The notes under the pieces are model-generated. The model was not told the DNA's origin and made no database searches. It saw only the letters and a list, made by a program, of their open reading frames with translations. Positions 1-13,920 of a stretch of DNA of 64,000 nucleotides are shown piece after piece. The stretch covers positions 31,071,345-31,135,344 of the forward strand of contig JAUZTB010000017.1 of NCBI GenBank assembly GCA_034780895.1, written 5' to 3'. Positions within the stretch are counted from its first letter, which is position 1; the number at the start of each line of letters is the position of its first letter. The stretch comes from Rhynchobatus australiae (taxonomy: Eukaryota). Position numbers and translations under genes: made by a program.

Positions 1-297
1 CAGTCTTGGCTGCCTTACTGATTGAATAAGGAGGACCAAGGAATTGGGCTTTCCTCATCTGGCCCAAGTAACAGCAAGAATCTGGAGATCATTGGCAGCA
101 ATTCTAGCAGCAGGCCAGTTCCAGCAAATTCTGGTCCAATGTCACTTTACACAACAAATAACAAAACTTGTGATTTAATAGGATGTCATAGCTCAGGATT
201 GGCATTGAACCTACATATTATGATATAATGTACCAGAAATGGTTGGTGAATTGAATGGAGTTAGAACCAGCTTGTTTCCCAGCATCAAGATTTCCTT

Positions 298-618
298 ATG
301 ACATAGGAGGAGGCCATTTTGGCCCATCCAGTCTATGCTGGCTCACAGAGCAATCTCATAACTACTGATTTATCCTGTAATCCATTTTCTCCACATTCTC
401 ATCAAATCCCACCAGCTTCTACCATCACCTATGTACTAGGAATAATTTAGAGTGGCCAATTAACCTACTAACCTGTATGTCTTTGAGTTGTGGGAATAAA
501 CACTAGCGGATGGAGGAAACCCATGCAGTTACAAGGAGAATGTGCAAGCTCCACATGAACAGTATCCTGGTCGCTGGAGCCATAGGGCAGCAGCTCTACT
601 ATCTGTGCCACAGTGTTC
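298..618 (-). mobile_element. V-SINE (HE1-like) tRNA-derived SINE with CR1-derived 3' tail
   Basis: Reverse complement has a tRNA-like head (GGCACAGATAGTAGAGCTGCTGCC...), the V-domain-like GTGGAGCTTGCACATTCTCCTTGTAACTGCATGGGTTTCCTCC, and a CR1-type tail (GATGGGCCAAAATGGCCTCCTCC). Confidence 0.8.
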
Positions 619-2789
619 CCATTCATCACAGCTTACCTGGGCTGGATAGTGAGGGCAGATTGTATAGCCGGGAGGCATCTGGAAAGGCATAGTGAGGCCT
701 CAACCACTGTAGTGCTGAAACCCTGTCACCTTTGTCAGGGTCAAAGTTGGAGGTGGAACCTTGCCTTCTGCAAATGCTGTCAAGACTTTAACAATTTTTA
801 AATGTCTTTGATTTCCATTAAGATTGGAGTAATTTTTTAAAAAGCTTAAAAATTTTCAAAACACATTTAGAGATTCTGAAATCATTACAAGAATATTGAA
901 TTGCTAAACATGAATAACTAACATCCTTTCTCATTTAATTTATAGGGCCATGAATTCCCATTCAAACCAGTGGGTTTGCAGCTCCTGTGTCAGGTATAGG
1001 TCTCATAGGATGAGAAAGGTGGATTTCATAGAGTAATTCCAGCATGACTAGACTCTTCTGTTGAACTCCATGTGGAGTCGATGATGGGTCAGTGACAGAT
1101 GAGCCAACATCCATCACTCAGCACATCGCAGAATCACAGCAGGTTCAGCTAGGTTGGGGACTTACCTGGGAGCAGCCAAATACCAGTATTATGCAAGATA
1201 GTAAATGCGACATTTGTCATGCCATTATATTTAGCCTAATATTTGAGTACACCTCTCTTTAAATAGAAACAGGCACATGCAGAAATATCCTGCTAGGATA
1301 AATAGTTAAAAAGCATGATTAAATCAATCCACAACATTGTAAAATTGTTTATTTAGTCATCTGGCTGATAATCTTAAAATCTTCGGACCGTCCTTGTGTA
1401 GACATCATGAGGTGAAGATTAGGTGGATGAGGCAACTTTCTTGCAAGCTTTGAAACGTGCTGATACCCAAAAAGTCATCAAATTGAATTTGTAAGAACAT
1501 CTTGATCACTAAAGAAATTGATATGAACAAATACTTGTTTCTCCCTCAGTTGCCTTTTTTTCTTTATCCCTCTCTCTCGCTTTACCTCTCTCTCACTTGG
1601 TAATCCTCCCTCTCTCATTCCCTTCCTCTTTGTTCACATTTGTTTCACTGGGATTAGTGCCAATCATCTGGCAAAGTTTTGGCAGTCAATTGGAAGAATC
1701 CTTGCAGAAATTCTCAGAAGTTAATTTTTCATTGCATTCCAATATCAAGTGGATTTTCACCGTTAAGATGCAGGTAAATTAATAACGCATGTTTCAAGGC
1801 TCTTCTTTTCATGCAAGATATATTTCAAAGCTTGTGGTCTGACATGTGCCCTAGCACCAAAGAAGTGAAAAGAGTCTGTCTACTTCTAGTTGCCTGACTG
1901 TCATCAGAGGATACAAGGATGTACTGAAAATATAAATCCCATTATACCACTGTCTCCTTTTCTTTCAACTGGAGCTCATTTTTCAATTGCACACCGCTAT
2001 CTAGTCCCTCGATGATTGTATAACAGTGTTCTAATTAAAACTCCAAAGAGTATGAGCTTGTGCATGTTTACTAGATTGTCATGTTAAGTGAAGGCTTTGT
2101 TTAGGTGGAACTTTCCCTTATCTCTTTCATGTCCTTTCTGGTGAAATGACTTGTTGACCTTCGGAATATTTTTGCATTGATGTGCATCAGCAGTCAGAAA
2201 CTGGAGTCAGTGGATGTGCTGTGTGTGCATACTAAGAAGTAATAGGAAATATGATGAGGACTGAAATGACTTGACCTGATAGATGCAATAAGAGTGTCTC
2301 AAGGACCATAAACTTTCAACATTCAGCGTGATCCCTTTATGTAAACTGCAGCAGCACCCTGAATAAAATGATCTATGTTTAGAAATGTTCCATGCTTCAG
2401 AGGTTTTTAAACAAGATCTATACTTAGACCCCTACTCTTCAATTAGTGGTACAGTAGTTAACACTCTATTGTTTCTGAGTAAATTTAAAACAATCTGAAA
2501 ACGTTGTTCAGTGATTCAAAACGAGTCTTATGTTCCCAAGTAGCTGNNNNNNNNNNNNNNNNNNNNNNNNNNNNNNNNNNNNNNNNNNNNNNNNNNNNNN
2601 NNNNNNNNNNNNNNNNNNNNNNNNNNNNNNNNNNNNNNNNNNNNNNGTAGCTGATGTTGAAGGTGTAGAGTGGACAAGAGGAGGAAAGAAACTCAAGTGG
2701 CAATTAGAGATATCATATTTCAACCCATTGTGTGTAGCATACATTCTGCTGGCCACCATTTTAGCTACTGTTTAGCGCATCTCCCTAAC

Positions 2790-3365
2790 ATCATCAATTT
2801 CCACCTCATAACATTCTCTTCATCCCAGCCTCAGCTCGCTTGCTGCTGAAATCCACATCCATGCATTCGTTACCTCTAAACTTGACCATTTCAATACCAT
2901 TCTGTTTGGCCTCCTTTGTTTGACTCTCCATAAACTTTGCTGCCTGTGACCTAACTTAGACCAAATCCTGTTCACCCATCAGCCCTGTATTGCTGACTTG
3001 CATTAGTTCTCAGTTAAGTAATGCTTCAAATTTAAAACTGTCTTCCTCATTAAGAAATCCCTGTAAAGCCCCATCTACTCCAGCGACACAATCCTCAGGT
3101 ACCACTGTGCATCTGGCCCCTTCATTATTCCTCAGTGTAGTCACCTCACCTTGTGGGAACCAAGGCCTTGAACTCTGAAATTCCCTTGCTAAACCTTTTT
3201 GTTTAGCTACCTGCAACCTCTAAGAAGCTACTTTAAACCTACTTTGACTAAGCTTTTGTTCACCTGCCTTGGTAATTCTTTGTGATTTGGTTTCATTGTT
3301 TTGACAATGTTTCTGTGGTGATTCTTGTGACACTTTGTTAAAATGAAAGCATTAGATGAATACTA
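2790..3365 (+). mobile_element. L2-clade LINE 3' fragment (degenerate)
   Basis: Decayed translation AAEIHIHAFVTSKLDHFNTILFGL...PISPVL resembles the L2 ORF2 C-terminus (AETLIHAFVTSRLDYCN..L.GL...HITPVL..LHWLP). Confidence 0.75.
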
Positions 3366-3419
3366 ACAACTGTCTCAGAACTTCATTTTGGATATTAAGA
3401 ACACATTACTTTTTTGTTA

Positions 3420-3620
3420 TAGATTGCAAGTTGTAAATCTTTGATCTCCAAAAGCTGGGGGCAATTGATATGTTAAACCAGTCATTAATAGATTTTTCTT
3501 GGACAGTGCATTAAGTATTTTTTAGCCAAAGCAAGTGGATGAAGATAAGATGTAGATCACCCATGATCTAATTGGACTGCGAAGCATACTCAAGGGGCTG
3601 AGCTCCTGTTCCTCCTGTCT
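3420..3620 (+). mobile_element. CR1 LINE 3' end fragment
   Basis: AGATCACCCATGATCTAATTG...CTCAAGGGGCTGAGCTCCTGTTCCT matches the typical CR1 3'UTR terminus seen in other copies in this window. Confidence 0.6.
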
Positions 3621-6469
3621 TGCAAGCCAATTTGCTCGATAAGAACAGGAAATTGGGGGTTTGAATACTTTTGGGTTGGGGATACTTTTGGTAAATATTT
3701 TTTCATTGAAATTTGGAAATTACAGAGGATCTTTTGGTTTTTGATAAATAACTGTAGATTCAGCGTAAACAGAAATATGGCAGTTGGTAAAGTGGTATTT
3801 CCTTTTGAGTAGNNNNNNNNNNNNNNNNNNNNNNNNNNNNNNNNNNNNNNNNNNNNNNNNNNNNNNNNNNNNNNNNNNNNNNNNNNNNNNNNNNNNNNNN
3901 NNNNNNNNNNNNGTAGTTTTTATTTTGTAGAAGGATGAATTACTTCATTCTGCTCAGGTTAAATCCTTCCAGATAAAATATCTACAAATTCCTGCAGTAT
4001 TATTTTCTGCTTATTGTTATGTCTCCATGATGTCACACCAACACTAGTATCAAGTCTAAGTAAATGTCTATATTCAGCCACTTTCATTGTGATTGTGACA
4101 AAAGGTTTTTAAATTAGACAAGTTTGAAAGCAAAACTTCTGATTTGCACTGTTTTTATTATCGTTAATTTTCTACTCTTGGTGTGACTGAGAACAGTTTG
4201 ATTAAGTTCCATAATAGATCTGCCCTTTGCACTCTCAGAGGGATGACATAAAGCCTTAGATATATACTTCAGCAAAGCTGACACAGATGCCACCAAAATT
4301 TATAACCTATTGCCTCTAATATATGAAGGTTGCTTTTCCTTTTACTTTTCAAAGGCAGAAAATGCTGCTTTCCATATTCAGCCTTTGAAGAGGCTGCAAG
4401 CAGATTTTAGAATGCTACTGAATCATTCCGACCTTTTTCCTCTCCTTTTTGCTACTCTGCATCAAGTATCCCCTAATTATTTGGGAATGAAATTCCTCTT
4501 CAGTGGCAACACAAAATAGCCAATGATTAATCAGTAGCCTGTTCTATGCCTTAAGGCCAATTGAACAGAAAATTGGGTAGGTGTGAAACAGGCAGCTAAT
4601 GTGTTATTTCCCACTTTGCATTCTCTCCATTATCAATATAACCCCTTATAAATCTCAAGTAAATGCAATTTTTTCATCTGCACCACTCATGCTTCTGTTC
4701 TATGCTTGCTCCAGCCTATATCTAGATTTGTATATAATGGTACAAGACCAGCATCTCTCAAACCTGATTTCCATAAAAAGAGGAGAATTTGCCACTGTTG
4801 TTGCTCCCTCATTGGTTAGGGAAAGAGGATTGCCTAATGATTGCATAGAACAGCAATTATGGTTAAATAGTAGTCTTCTGAAGATGGATTTGGCATAACA
4901 AGTCTTTAAGGATCAGGAAGTACTAATTGAGAGTTTTCCATCAAGAACACAACACAGTAAATTTTGGAGGGCCAGTGAAGAGTGACTTTAATAGATTTGA
5001 TAATCCTTTGTTTGATGCTTCATATTGCCTTCGGAGATAGACTGGGCCTGGAATTAATTCTCACCTCACTGGTTCATCACACACCTGAGGTTCATCACAC
5101 ACCATGCCTGTTCATGTTGGTGGGCCATGTTCACACGTACACGTGAGCATTTCAGTTTGGAGCAGAGTAGGTTGCTTGGCCCCTTGAGTCTGCTCTGTCA
5201 TTTAAGCATGGCTGATTGCATTGTCCATCAGCTTGGACAAAGCATGAGTGTTTCTGGGATTCACAGCAAGGGCATTTTCTGTGTTCATGATGGGTTCCCA
5301 GAGTAGCTTCCCACCGTTGGTTAACAGTGGCTCTGGTGTGTGTCTTGTCCGTGAATGCAGGCATGAGGTGTTTGACTGTAGGCTCTGTTATGGATTGGCA
5401 AGAGCTGACTTTGTGTAGTGATGCTGAAACCATGGTTTAGTGAAGGGAAAGATCCTGTGATGGTGCCTTACCTAGCATTTGATGGAGAGGTGAAGGCAGG
5501 TGTTGACCTACATTTTTACACTGTCTTCCCAGAAAGTCTTCCAAGATTCCAATTCGTTTTCGGTATGAAATCACTCAATGTTTAACCTGCATTGGCTGCT
5601 GTAATGTTTAAATGGGCAGTTGCTGTTGTCGGCACCACCTGCTGTCAAGTCCTCAAGACTACCTTGTTTTATAGTTGGATTAGACAACATCAGAGATACC
5701 AGAGAAGTCCAGTCATTTACACTTGGCATAATCTTCATTTTTTGCTCTTGTTTGCTCAGAACTGAGTGTGTTGTTAATTTTCTTCTCATTCTGCAAAGAA
5801 TCAATGCTGTTTCCTCAGGAAATAACACTAATTTGGCAACTCACATTCCTTAACAGCTGTTGAACCTTTGATAATTGAATTGAAAGAGTCACTGATTAAG
5901 TCATCCTGCTGTCTTTAATATACAGAGTAAAGTGCCAATAGTGGTCCAGCTCCAAAAAAGTTTAATCTTGCTTTCTAAGTACCTTCTAAGAAGCCCATCC
6001 ATTGCATCTAATAATTCCTCGGGGTATGCTGAAAATCTTCATGAAGGCAGTTGCCCGTGATAAAGATTTCCAGTCAGAACTATTGGCACTGTTTGATACT
6101 TAATGCAGAGAATCCTTCTCAAGTTGTGGAGATCTTGCTGGTGAAAGTGCCTTTTCACTTTCCTGAGGAGCTAAAGAGGAGGTATTTCTCTGCTGAAATA
6201 TGTTTACTTTCATCCTCAGCATCTTGTAAGCTGGTCTTGGCTTTTATTGTAGACATTAGTCATGGTTTGCAGAAGTCACTGTTGGTGAGATCTAGTCTAT
6301 TGCAGTGAAAGTTCATGGTGCAAGTCACTCAGTAAGCTTTTGACATGGGACCATTAGCTGTTAAATCCCAAAGCTAGGTGGGCTATCATTATCCCAGTTA
6401 ATACCTGTGTACCTGAGAGGAGTCAGTGGAGCGAGGTTCTCAAGAACATGCCCAGAAAGGGTATTTATT

Positions 6470-7420
6470 CATCACTATTTTCCCAACATTCTCCTGTCAC
6501 CTCCTGTGCAAGTTCCTCCTCTTCCTTCCGCATCTCCTCTACGTTCTCATCCTCTTGGATGGTTTCTAGCAAAGCCTTTGCCTTTGAGGTGCAGTTATAA
6601 AGTATGCATCAGATGACAATGAAGTATCTAGCTCTCTCGGGGATGTTGCAGGGTACCTCTGAGTAATGCGGACTCCTATTCTCATCCTAAATGCTGCTTC
6701 TATTTCTTCATGGTCCAGTATCTACCATTACAAAGTTTCTCTACACTTGGGCTATGCTCTGCCTCCTGTGTATTCTCCTAGTCCCCCAAGAACCATCACT
6801 CCATGCATCAGCTGTATGGTGGATCCTCGAGAATAAATGAGTCGCACAGACTTCACAGGCCATGAGAATTCTATTTTCATGGCTAGACATTTAGGCAGTG
6901 ATAGTTTGCAATACATATGGAGTTCCTGGTTCTCAAGGGTCCCTAAAGTAGCACATGAATACAATTTGACTTCTTGAATCTTCAGGAATGCTGCATTCTT
7001 TGGAAATTCACTTGATTGCTATGATGGTCCTTGCTCAAGGGAAAGGTGACAAATCACCTCTTAGAGTAGAGAGTATCAGTAATCTCCCCAATCCTGTGGA
7101 ATGCAGGAAACTGGATATATGGGATAAGTGTGCTGTTGCTGTTTGGAATAATTAGAAAGTTAAGAAATACAGGGTGATAATGGCCTTGACCTCTACAGGC
7201 AGAGTAGTTAAGTCATGATCGAGCTCAGCCTGTGGAATGTCAATATCATCATGGACTTGGAAGTCCTTAGCCTCTGTATCTGTTGCTTATTTGAGAGTTG
7301 TAGGTAGGGATAGGGTCGACTGACTGGAGCCCTTCTTCCCCTCCTTCTGCAGAGTCCCTGGACATGTCTGTCCTGCTTTTGACACCTGACCAGCACACCA
7401 AGAGGAACTGCCACTGGAGC
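6470..7420 (-). pseudogene. PIF/Harbinger DDE transposase (HARBI1-like, DDE_Tnp_4) pseudogene
   Basis: Minus-strand motifs in canonical order with stops and frameshifts: PYPYLQLSNKQQIQRLR (N-terminus, ~7260-7320); AAFLKIQEV/NCIHVLL*GP (cf. AGFP.VQGAIDCTHVAI.AP, ~6935-6995); NYHCLNV* (cf. GFHSLNVQ); WP..SV(H)DSFIL (cf. YPGSVHDSFIL); WFLGD (cf. WLLGD.GY); PERARYFIVI*CILYN (cf. PE.V..IV..CC.LHN); acidic tail EDENVEEMRKEEEE. Confidence 0.85.
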
Positions 7421-9049
7421 AGAAATTAGAAAGAGGAAATAACTAGAGAAATGGAGATGTATCACACCAGCTTAGTCACCTACTGAATCCACAACATCTA
7501 ACTGCTGTAGAGCAGATCGCAGAAGTGGGTGAAATGGAACTGAGTGGCCCTTAAGTAGTACGGTAGAGGTGAAAGAAAATCTGGTTCCCTGTGAGTGCCT
7601 GACAATGTTTCTAAAACAGGAAACTGGGACCCAATGTCAACTATTAAGCTGTAAGGGAGCATTGCACAATGAATGTTGTTATTGCATGTGCTGCTGATAT
7701 GTGCTAGTGCTTACCACACATGGATAGACTGGGTTGAATTGCACAAATCATGCAGGGTGTACAGATTGACATTCTTTCCTTGATTAATATGCGGGGACAT
7801 TGAAATTCAGTTGTACAGCTCAAAGATGTAGCGTCGTGCATGAGACTTTTTATACTATATAATTTTATTGAAAATGCTGTGGTAAAGTTTAGAGTATTGT
7901 TGGGTGATAGTGATGTTAAGGGTGAGAGGGATAATAAGGGTGGAATCTTCGATGTTGTCATTCACATTTAATCAGTCAACTGCAGCTTTATCTTTAGATA
8001 AACAATTAACTTATGCTATAGTGATATGCTTGCATTCTGGGATTGTACATATGCCTGAGAGGTGCTGGCTGTGCATTCAAATGTCTGGAGCAGTTCCACA
8101 ATCTAAGCCTGACCTATTAAGCTAAGGCCATACATGTAAACTGGAAATTGGTGCTGACATTCTTGTTGCACATGAGGAATCTAATTTCTGACTGTAATGC
8201 CATCTCAGTTTAGCTGGGTATTCAGTTCTAAAGACTTGCTTGGTTCAATTATGATTTGATTTTTGTATTAAAATATTGGAACATATATATTGGTGATCCA
8301 AACAAAATGGGGTGGGTTTGACAGTGCTTCTAAACAGTATTGAATTCAGTAGGTGATTTTTTTTAAACAAAATTCATTTTGATCNNNNNNNNNNNNNNNN
8401 NNNNNNNNNNNNNNNNNNNNNNNNNNNNNNNNNNNNNNNNNNNNNNNNTACTAATAGAAATCTAGGGTTGAGTCTAAAGAACAGATTTGGTGGGTGGGAG
8501 GGAAGGGGGTTATGACATGACAAAGGGAATAAAACATGATGGTTTATAAGTAAGCTTTTGGGTATTAACTAGTGCAATATTTTTGATTTAAAATCTTGAA
8601 GGAAGGCTACAAAATATTCTAAAATGTGCCAACAGTTAATTAATCATCTACCTGTTTTAACAATGTTTCCTTTCATTTTTATGTTCTTTACCCTAGAATT
8701 AACACAATTAAAAATGTTAAGTTTTTGGGTGGCCCTGAAGTAGTTTTAATTTTGGAGGGCTGAGTTCATTTGGTTAACTTGGAGGATATTTCGTGGCTTA
8801 AGGGCTTCCAGTAAAATCAGCTATTGAAGAAAGGATTTTGTACATGTTCTGTGCAAAATGTATACATTGCTTTGTACCTAAATACTTAGAGTATACTTCA
8901 TGTTTGTATTCTTCTTTGGGAGAAAAACTTGCAGATGATATCGATTTGCTTGCTTTTCTGTCCTTTCTGTTTTGCTCAGAGCTTCATATTAAAAATCTAC
9001 AATTACTATCTACATTACCCTGTGAAGGTGCTTATGTAATGTTGTATTC

Positions 9050-9250
9050 AGACTAGAGGTCCTGATTTGATTGTCAATCTGGAGTCAGATAGCTTTTCAC
9101 ATCTGGAACAATGGATAGGGTACTAACAGGCTGTGGATTAGGGAGGGGACAAAAATCAGTGAAAGATATTCACACTCCTGTTTATAATCAATAAGTTCCG
9201 GCAGAAAGTTGGGTTTTGTGTGTGTGGCTTCTTGGTGCAAAAGAGGATCG
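9050..9250 (+). mobile_element. LF-SINE-like ancient SINE fragment
   Basis: GGGAGGGGACAAAAATCAGTGAAAGATATTCACACTCCTGTTTATAATCAATAAGTTCCGGCAGAAAGT...TGTGTGTGTGG resembles the recalled LF-SINE body; highly diverged. Confidence 0.4.
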
Positions 9251-10689
9251 GATGATGGATCTCAAATTAACCTTGAGAGGGTTATTTGGTTGGAGAAGCT
9301 GCAGTTGGTCCCAGTTTACATCCAGTATATGTAAATGTTGATTCTGGGAAATTGGTCATAATCATCAACCTGGGCATGGGTTAAATAGAAGTTCATCCTG
9401 CGAAAGTTCTGACTCCATTCCGTCCCACAGGAATATCAACTCCATTTTTCATTAGCCCAATAAAATGCATTTAAGCCATCGTGAGTTGGGTTGATATTCT
9501 TGAAATGTTTCTCAGTGTTTTGAGATAGCTGGCACCTGAATTCCAAAGCTGCATCAGTTGAAACTCTGGTCCTGGTTAATTATTCCTTGGGGAAGGTAGT
9601 TCTTAACGCAAGACCTACAAGTTTCACTGAAGCAGTGTGGTGGAGTTGGAGAAACTACACTGGAACAGACAGTGTGGGACTGGTACAGGAGGGTGCATCA
9701 GGAGCAAGAGGCTTCTGCCCCCTCCTATACCAGTCACACACTGCACATAAAGCCTGTTGCATTGGGTTTTTACTGCAAGAGGCTTTATGTGCACACAAGT
9801 GGCTGTGGTCCTGAAGTGAAACTTTGAAGATTGCCTGTTACAATTAGCTGTGCAATGGCAACATAAGGCTGTGGTTTGCCATTTCCTTTCTCTGTGGTTA
9901 ATACATTCCATTATAGGGATGTGGAGTTTATTATTTTGCATCAGGACTGCAATAATTATTATTTTATATCTTTTACCATCCTGTTAATTACCCGTGGCCA
10001 AATAAGTTTCAAGTGTAACTGGGCTATTCCACATGACTATCTTCTAAAATCTAAAAAAAAACAAAGCAGTTGGACATTTTCTGTGTGTGCATTGATGATC
10101 GGATCACTAATAATGAAGTATCTGCATGCTGTTCAAGATCTGTTGCTGCCTTCATGGGCCCCAAGTAGTTAAAACTTCAGGGGAATGTCTACAATGACCA
10201 GAAAGTTGTGGGGCTGGAGCCCCTGACCTAAGCTGTGCATCCCATCCCAATTTACAGATATAGCTCTGCATCACAAAATGTTTGGAGTGAAGTATAAAGG
10301 CAGGTTTACATTGGAACTGGGTTCCATTTATACCTGCATGTGACACTCCATCCTCAATCAGAGCTGGAATTTAAATGCTGAAGAATTTACTATGGTGAGT
10401 AATTTCCTGAATATATCAGTAAGTGAGCCTCTTAAGTTCCTTTGGCTGAACCTATATCTTCCAGAGCTTCTCCTTTTGGCCTTGAAGTAATTTAATTAGT
10501 GAGTATTTATCCATTGAGTACTTTTTCTCTTGTAAACAGTGGCTGCATTTCTCTCAGCAGAACTGAGGGATAATGTTTCAAACAACATTCTGAAATGCTA
10601 CATTGCCAAGGTGCCCTTTTATAAAGTGCTTATATTTTTTAGCCTTTTGACTTTGTAATAAAGCACTATGGTTTACAGGTGCCACTGCA

Positions 10690-11408
10690 TCTTGGAGGAT
10701 CTATCCTGGGTCCAACATATTGATGCAATCACAAAGAAGGCACGCCAGTGACTTTGCTTTGTTAGGAGTTTGAGGAGATTTGGTATGTTATTAAGACTCT
10801 TGAAAATTTCTATAGATGTAAGGTGGAGAGCATTCTGACTGGTTGCATCACAGCCTGGTATGGAGGCTTCAATGCACAGGATTGCAAGAGGCTGCAGAGG
10901 GTTGTAGACTCTGCCAGCTCCATCATGGGCACAACTTTCCTCACTATTGAGAACATCTTCAAGAGCCGGTGCCTCAAGAAGGTGGCATCCATCACTAAGG
11001 ACCCTCACCATCTAGGACGTGCCCTCTTCTTATTAGTACCATTGGGGAGGAGGTACACGAGCCTGAAGACCCACACTCAATGTTTCAGGAACAACTTCTN
11101 NNNNNNNNNNNNNNNNNNNNNNNNNNNNNNNNNNNNNNNNNNNNNNNNNNNNNNNNNNNNNNNNNNNNNNNNNNNNNNNNNNNNNNNNNNNNNNNNNNNG
11201 AAGACCCACACTCAATGTTTCAGGAACAACTTCTTCCCCTCCACCATCAGATTTCTGAATGGTCCATGAACACTACTTCATTATTCCTTTATCTTGCACT
11301 ATTTATTTTGTAATTTATAGTAATTTTATGTCTTTGCACTGTACTGCTGCTACAGAACAACAAATTTCATTATTTATAAGTCAGTGATAATGAACCTGAT
11401 TCTGATTC
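10690..11408 (+). mobile_element. Rex1/Babar LINE 3' fragment
   Basis: ORF 10823-11269 ESILTGCITAWYG...KRLQRVV...RCLKK..SITKDPHH.G..LF...P.GRRY.SLKT.T..FRNNFFP..IR.LN is the Rex1/Babar RT C-terminus; ends in a (CTGATT)n-like tail at ~11400. Confidence 0.9.
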
Positions 11409-13594
11409 ACAATTAAAAAAAAATAAAGCAGTTTTGCCTAAAGTTAAATCCTTGCTTATTCCTGATTGGATCTTGCAAATTTTTTTATTCTTAAAACTAA
11501 TGTAATGCTGTAATGCTTCACCCACATCCCCACCCCTTAAAGGGAATTATAGTTAATTTGGAAAATAAATTTGTAGATAATCCATCTAACTATTTAGGAA
11601 TTATTAATCATGACACATTCAGTCTTGAGCCATATTTTAAGTGCTTCATCCCAAGGAATATACATATTTTTCCAGAGACTATAACAAAACTGCAGCCTTA
11701 CTTTATCAACTTATATTAATTTTACTACTTTTCAAAGACCCCAGTCCATGGTCAAGCAAACCTGGCTTTGTTCAAGAGTTTCCCATTAATAAATTACATT
11801 AGTTAAGATGGAATCTAATTCTGTAAGGTGTGAGATTTGCCTCTGTTGGGGATTTCTGCAGTTAATGATATTTGCCTGAATTTTTACTGACCTCTCACTG
11901 AAGAGTTGAGTGAGAGAATGAAGAAAGAATCTGCAGAATTTTGGGGCCATAACTTTTAAACTTAGGATAACCGTAGGCATAAATGATAGCAGAGTGGCTG
12001 CCTATTATACTCCATCCAAAGTTCCATTAAAACCAGGAGTGCTCCTCTGACCACCACACAGAAATCTTAGGCAACCTCTGCCATCAATTTGCCTCCCACT
12101 TCTCCCTGCCTGGTTGAAATCACAAGTTCCCGGTGGTGGTATTTGCCAAATGGCGTTCAGCTCCCACTCACTAGCTACTCCACAACCACTAATTTCCCTT
12201 TTGATTTTGGTTATTTGAATGTTCAGTGACATTCAATTATACATACTGTTATAATCTGCTGCCATCAGATTTATAGAGCTTTTTCATAAGCCTGCCTTGA
12301 AATTAAGGTTCTTAAATTTATGATCAACCTGAAAAGTTGGGAGCCTTCAGTGAACATAACACTGAAAACAAAAGTTAAGTGATGAATACAGTATCAACTC
12401 TTCAAACTGATGTGTTAGATAATGGTAGTGATTTTGCAGCAAGTTCAAGGTCAAATATCATTTATAAGTACACAAATGTAGTCACCAACTTATTTTCTTT
12501 TGTGTTCACTTTTCAAAAGGTTATTTATATAGGTTTATAATTATAAACTTTTATATGATTATAAACATTTATAGTTATAACTTTATAAAGGTTTAAATAA
12601 TTATTTTTCTTTACTTTTTCTTATGAAATATAGGCAGATATTCCCTTTTTAAAAATATCCAGATCTTGCAATGGACCATTGACAGACAGTTTCAGTTATT
12701 GATTCTACTACAAATATCTTCCTTGGCAGAAGCAGAGCCTGACCTGCAAACGTCACTTGTTCTCATTTTGAAAACTTCCCTTACTGCTCACACTGGGCAG
12801 TTTTCTATCGGTTGATGCATGAAGGGATGTCACATTTTGATTTGCTTTTCTGTGGGAAAAGAATGTCCTGAAGCATTGCCAAAAGATGTGTTCTATCTCA
12901 TATTACCAAGCAAGAAGAATTATTTGAACCACAGCCATCTCTTCCAACACTTATCACCTGTTAAAAGTACTGTCCAATTCCCAGGGCTCAAATGTTCCCT
13001 CTGATTTTTCTCTTCTATTTGCTATATCAATGAGTATAATTTAAATTAATTCATATGAAACTCCTGCAACATTTCTCCTCCTCTCATAAATGTAATTTCA
13101 TTTAACCACTCTTGCCAGAAAACTACTTTGCTGGTGTAATAAGCAACCATAATGTTAAATGCATCAGGGATATTGCTGAATGGGAAGGATAACTCCAGTT
13201 AAAGATCACCAAAAATAACACTTTATAGTTACTCTGTTTGTTGATCTACTAAAGTAAACCGCAAAGATCTATCTGGATTAAGGAAACTTCACAAATATGA
13301 TGTTACCTTTATGCCCAACATTACATATACAATTACTTGGAATATCCAAAGCACAACTTTTAAACAATATGTATGCCAGCCTCTTGTGCTATAGTATTAG
13401 TAATTTCTTTAAACAAACCTTCCTTGTATGCAAGGCTATTATCCTTCATTCATTGGGAAACACTACATTTTTAAAATATAGACCTAAACTTGTGTTTGAT
13501 AAGTACTATTTCTAATGAAAAGATACAAAATTGTATCATCACTTGAGGAAAATAATGATTAGTAAAGAGACTTTATTGAGCTTTAATGAAAGGA

Positions 13595-13920
13595 AATAAC
13601 AGCAGAAACTTCTAGAGGTAATCAGGTGGTCAAGGTAGCTCTCTGGAGAAGAACAAAACACCTGCTTCAGGTCAGTGATCTATCATATGAACTTGTAAAG
13701 GTTAAGAATTAAAACATATTTTAGGATGCAGATAAAGTTGGGCGTGGAGGATGGAGAAAGGAACAAAAGGAAAAGTGAGTGTGATTGCCCAAAAGCAAAA
13801 TACTGCAAATGATGGAAATCTGACATAAAGAAAAATGCTGGAAGCACACAGCAGGCCAGGCTGCTTCTGTGGAGAAAGAAGCAGTTAATGTTTCAGGTTG
13901 ATGACCTTTCATCATAATTG
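13595..13920 (-). mobile_element. Penelope-like element terminal-repeat fragments (two degenerate copies)
   Basis: Reverse complement ATGATGAAAGGTCATCAACCTGAAACATTAACTG...CTCCACAGAAGCAGCCTGGCCTGCTGTGTGCTTCCAGCATTT resembles the terminal segment attached to the GIY-YIG fragment at 60.1-60.8 kb. Confidence 0.7.

Noticed and set aside
12515-12605. AT-rich palindromic TTATAA cluster
   Set aside because: Simple low-complexity sequence; palindromes are expected by chance at this composition.
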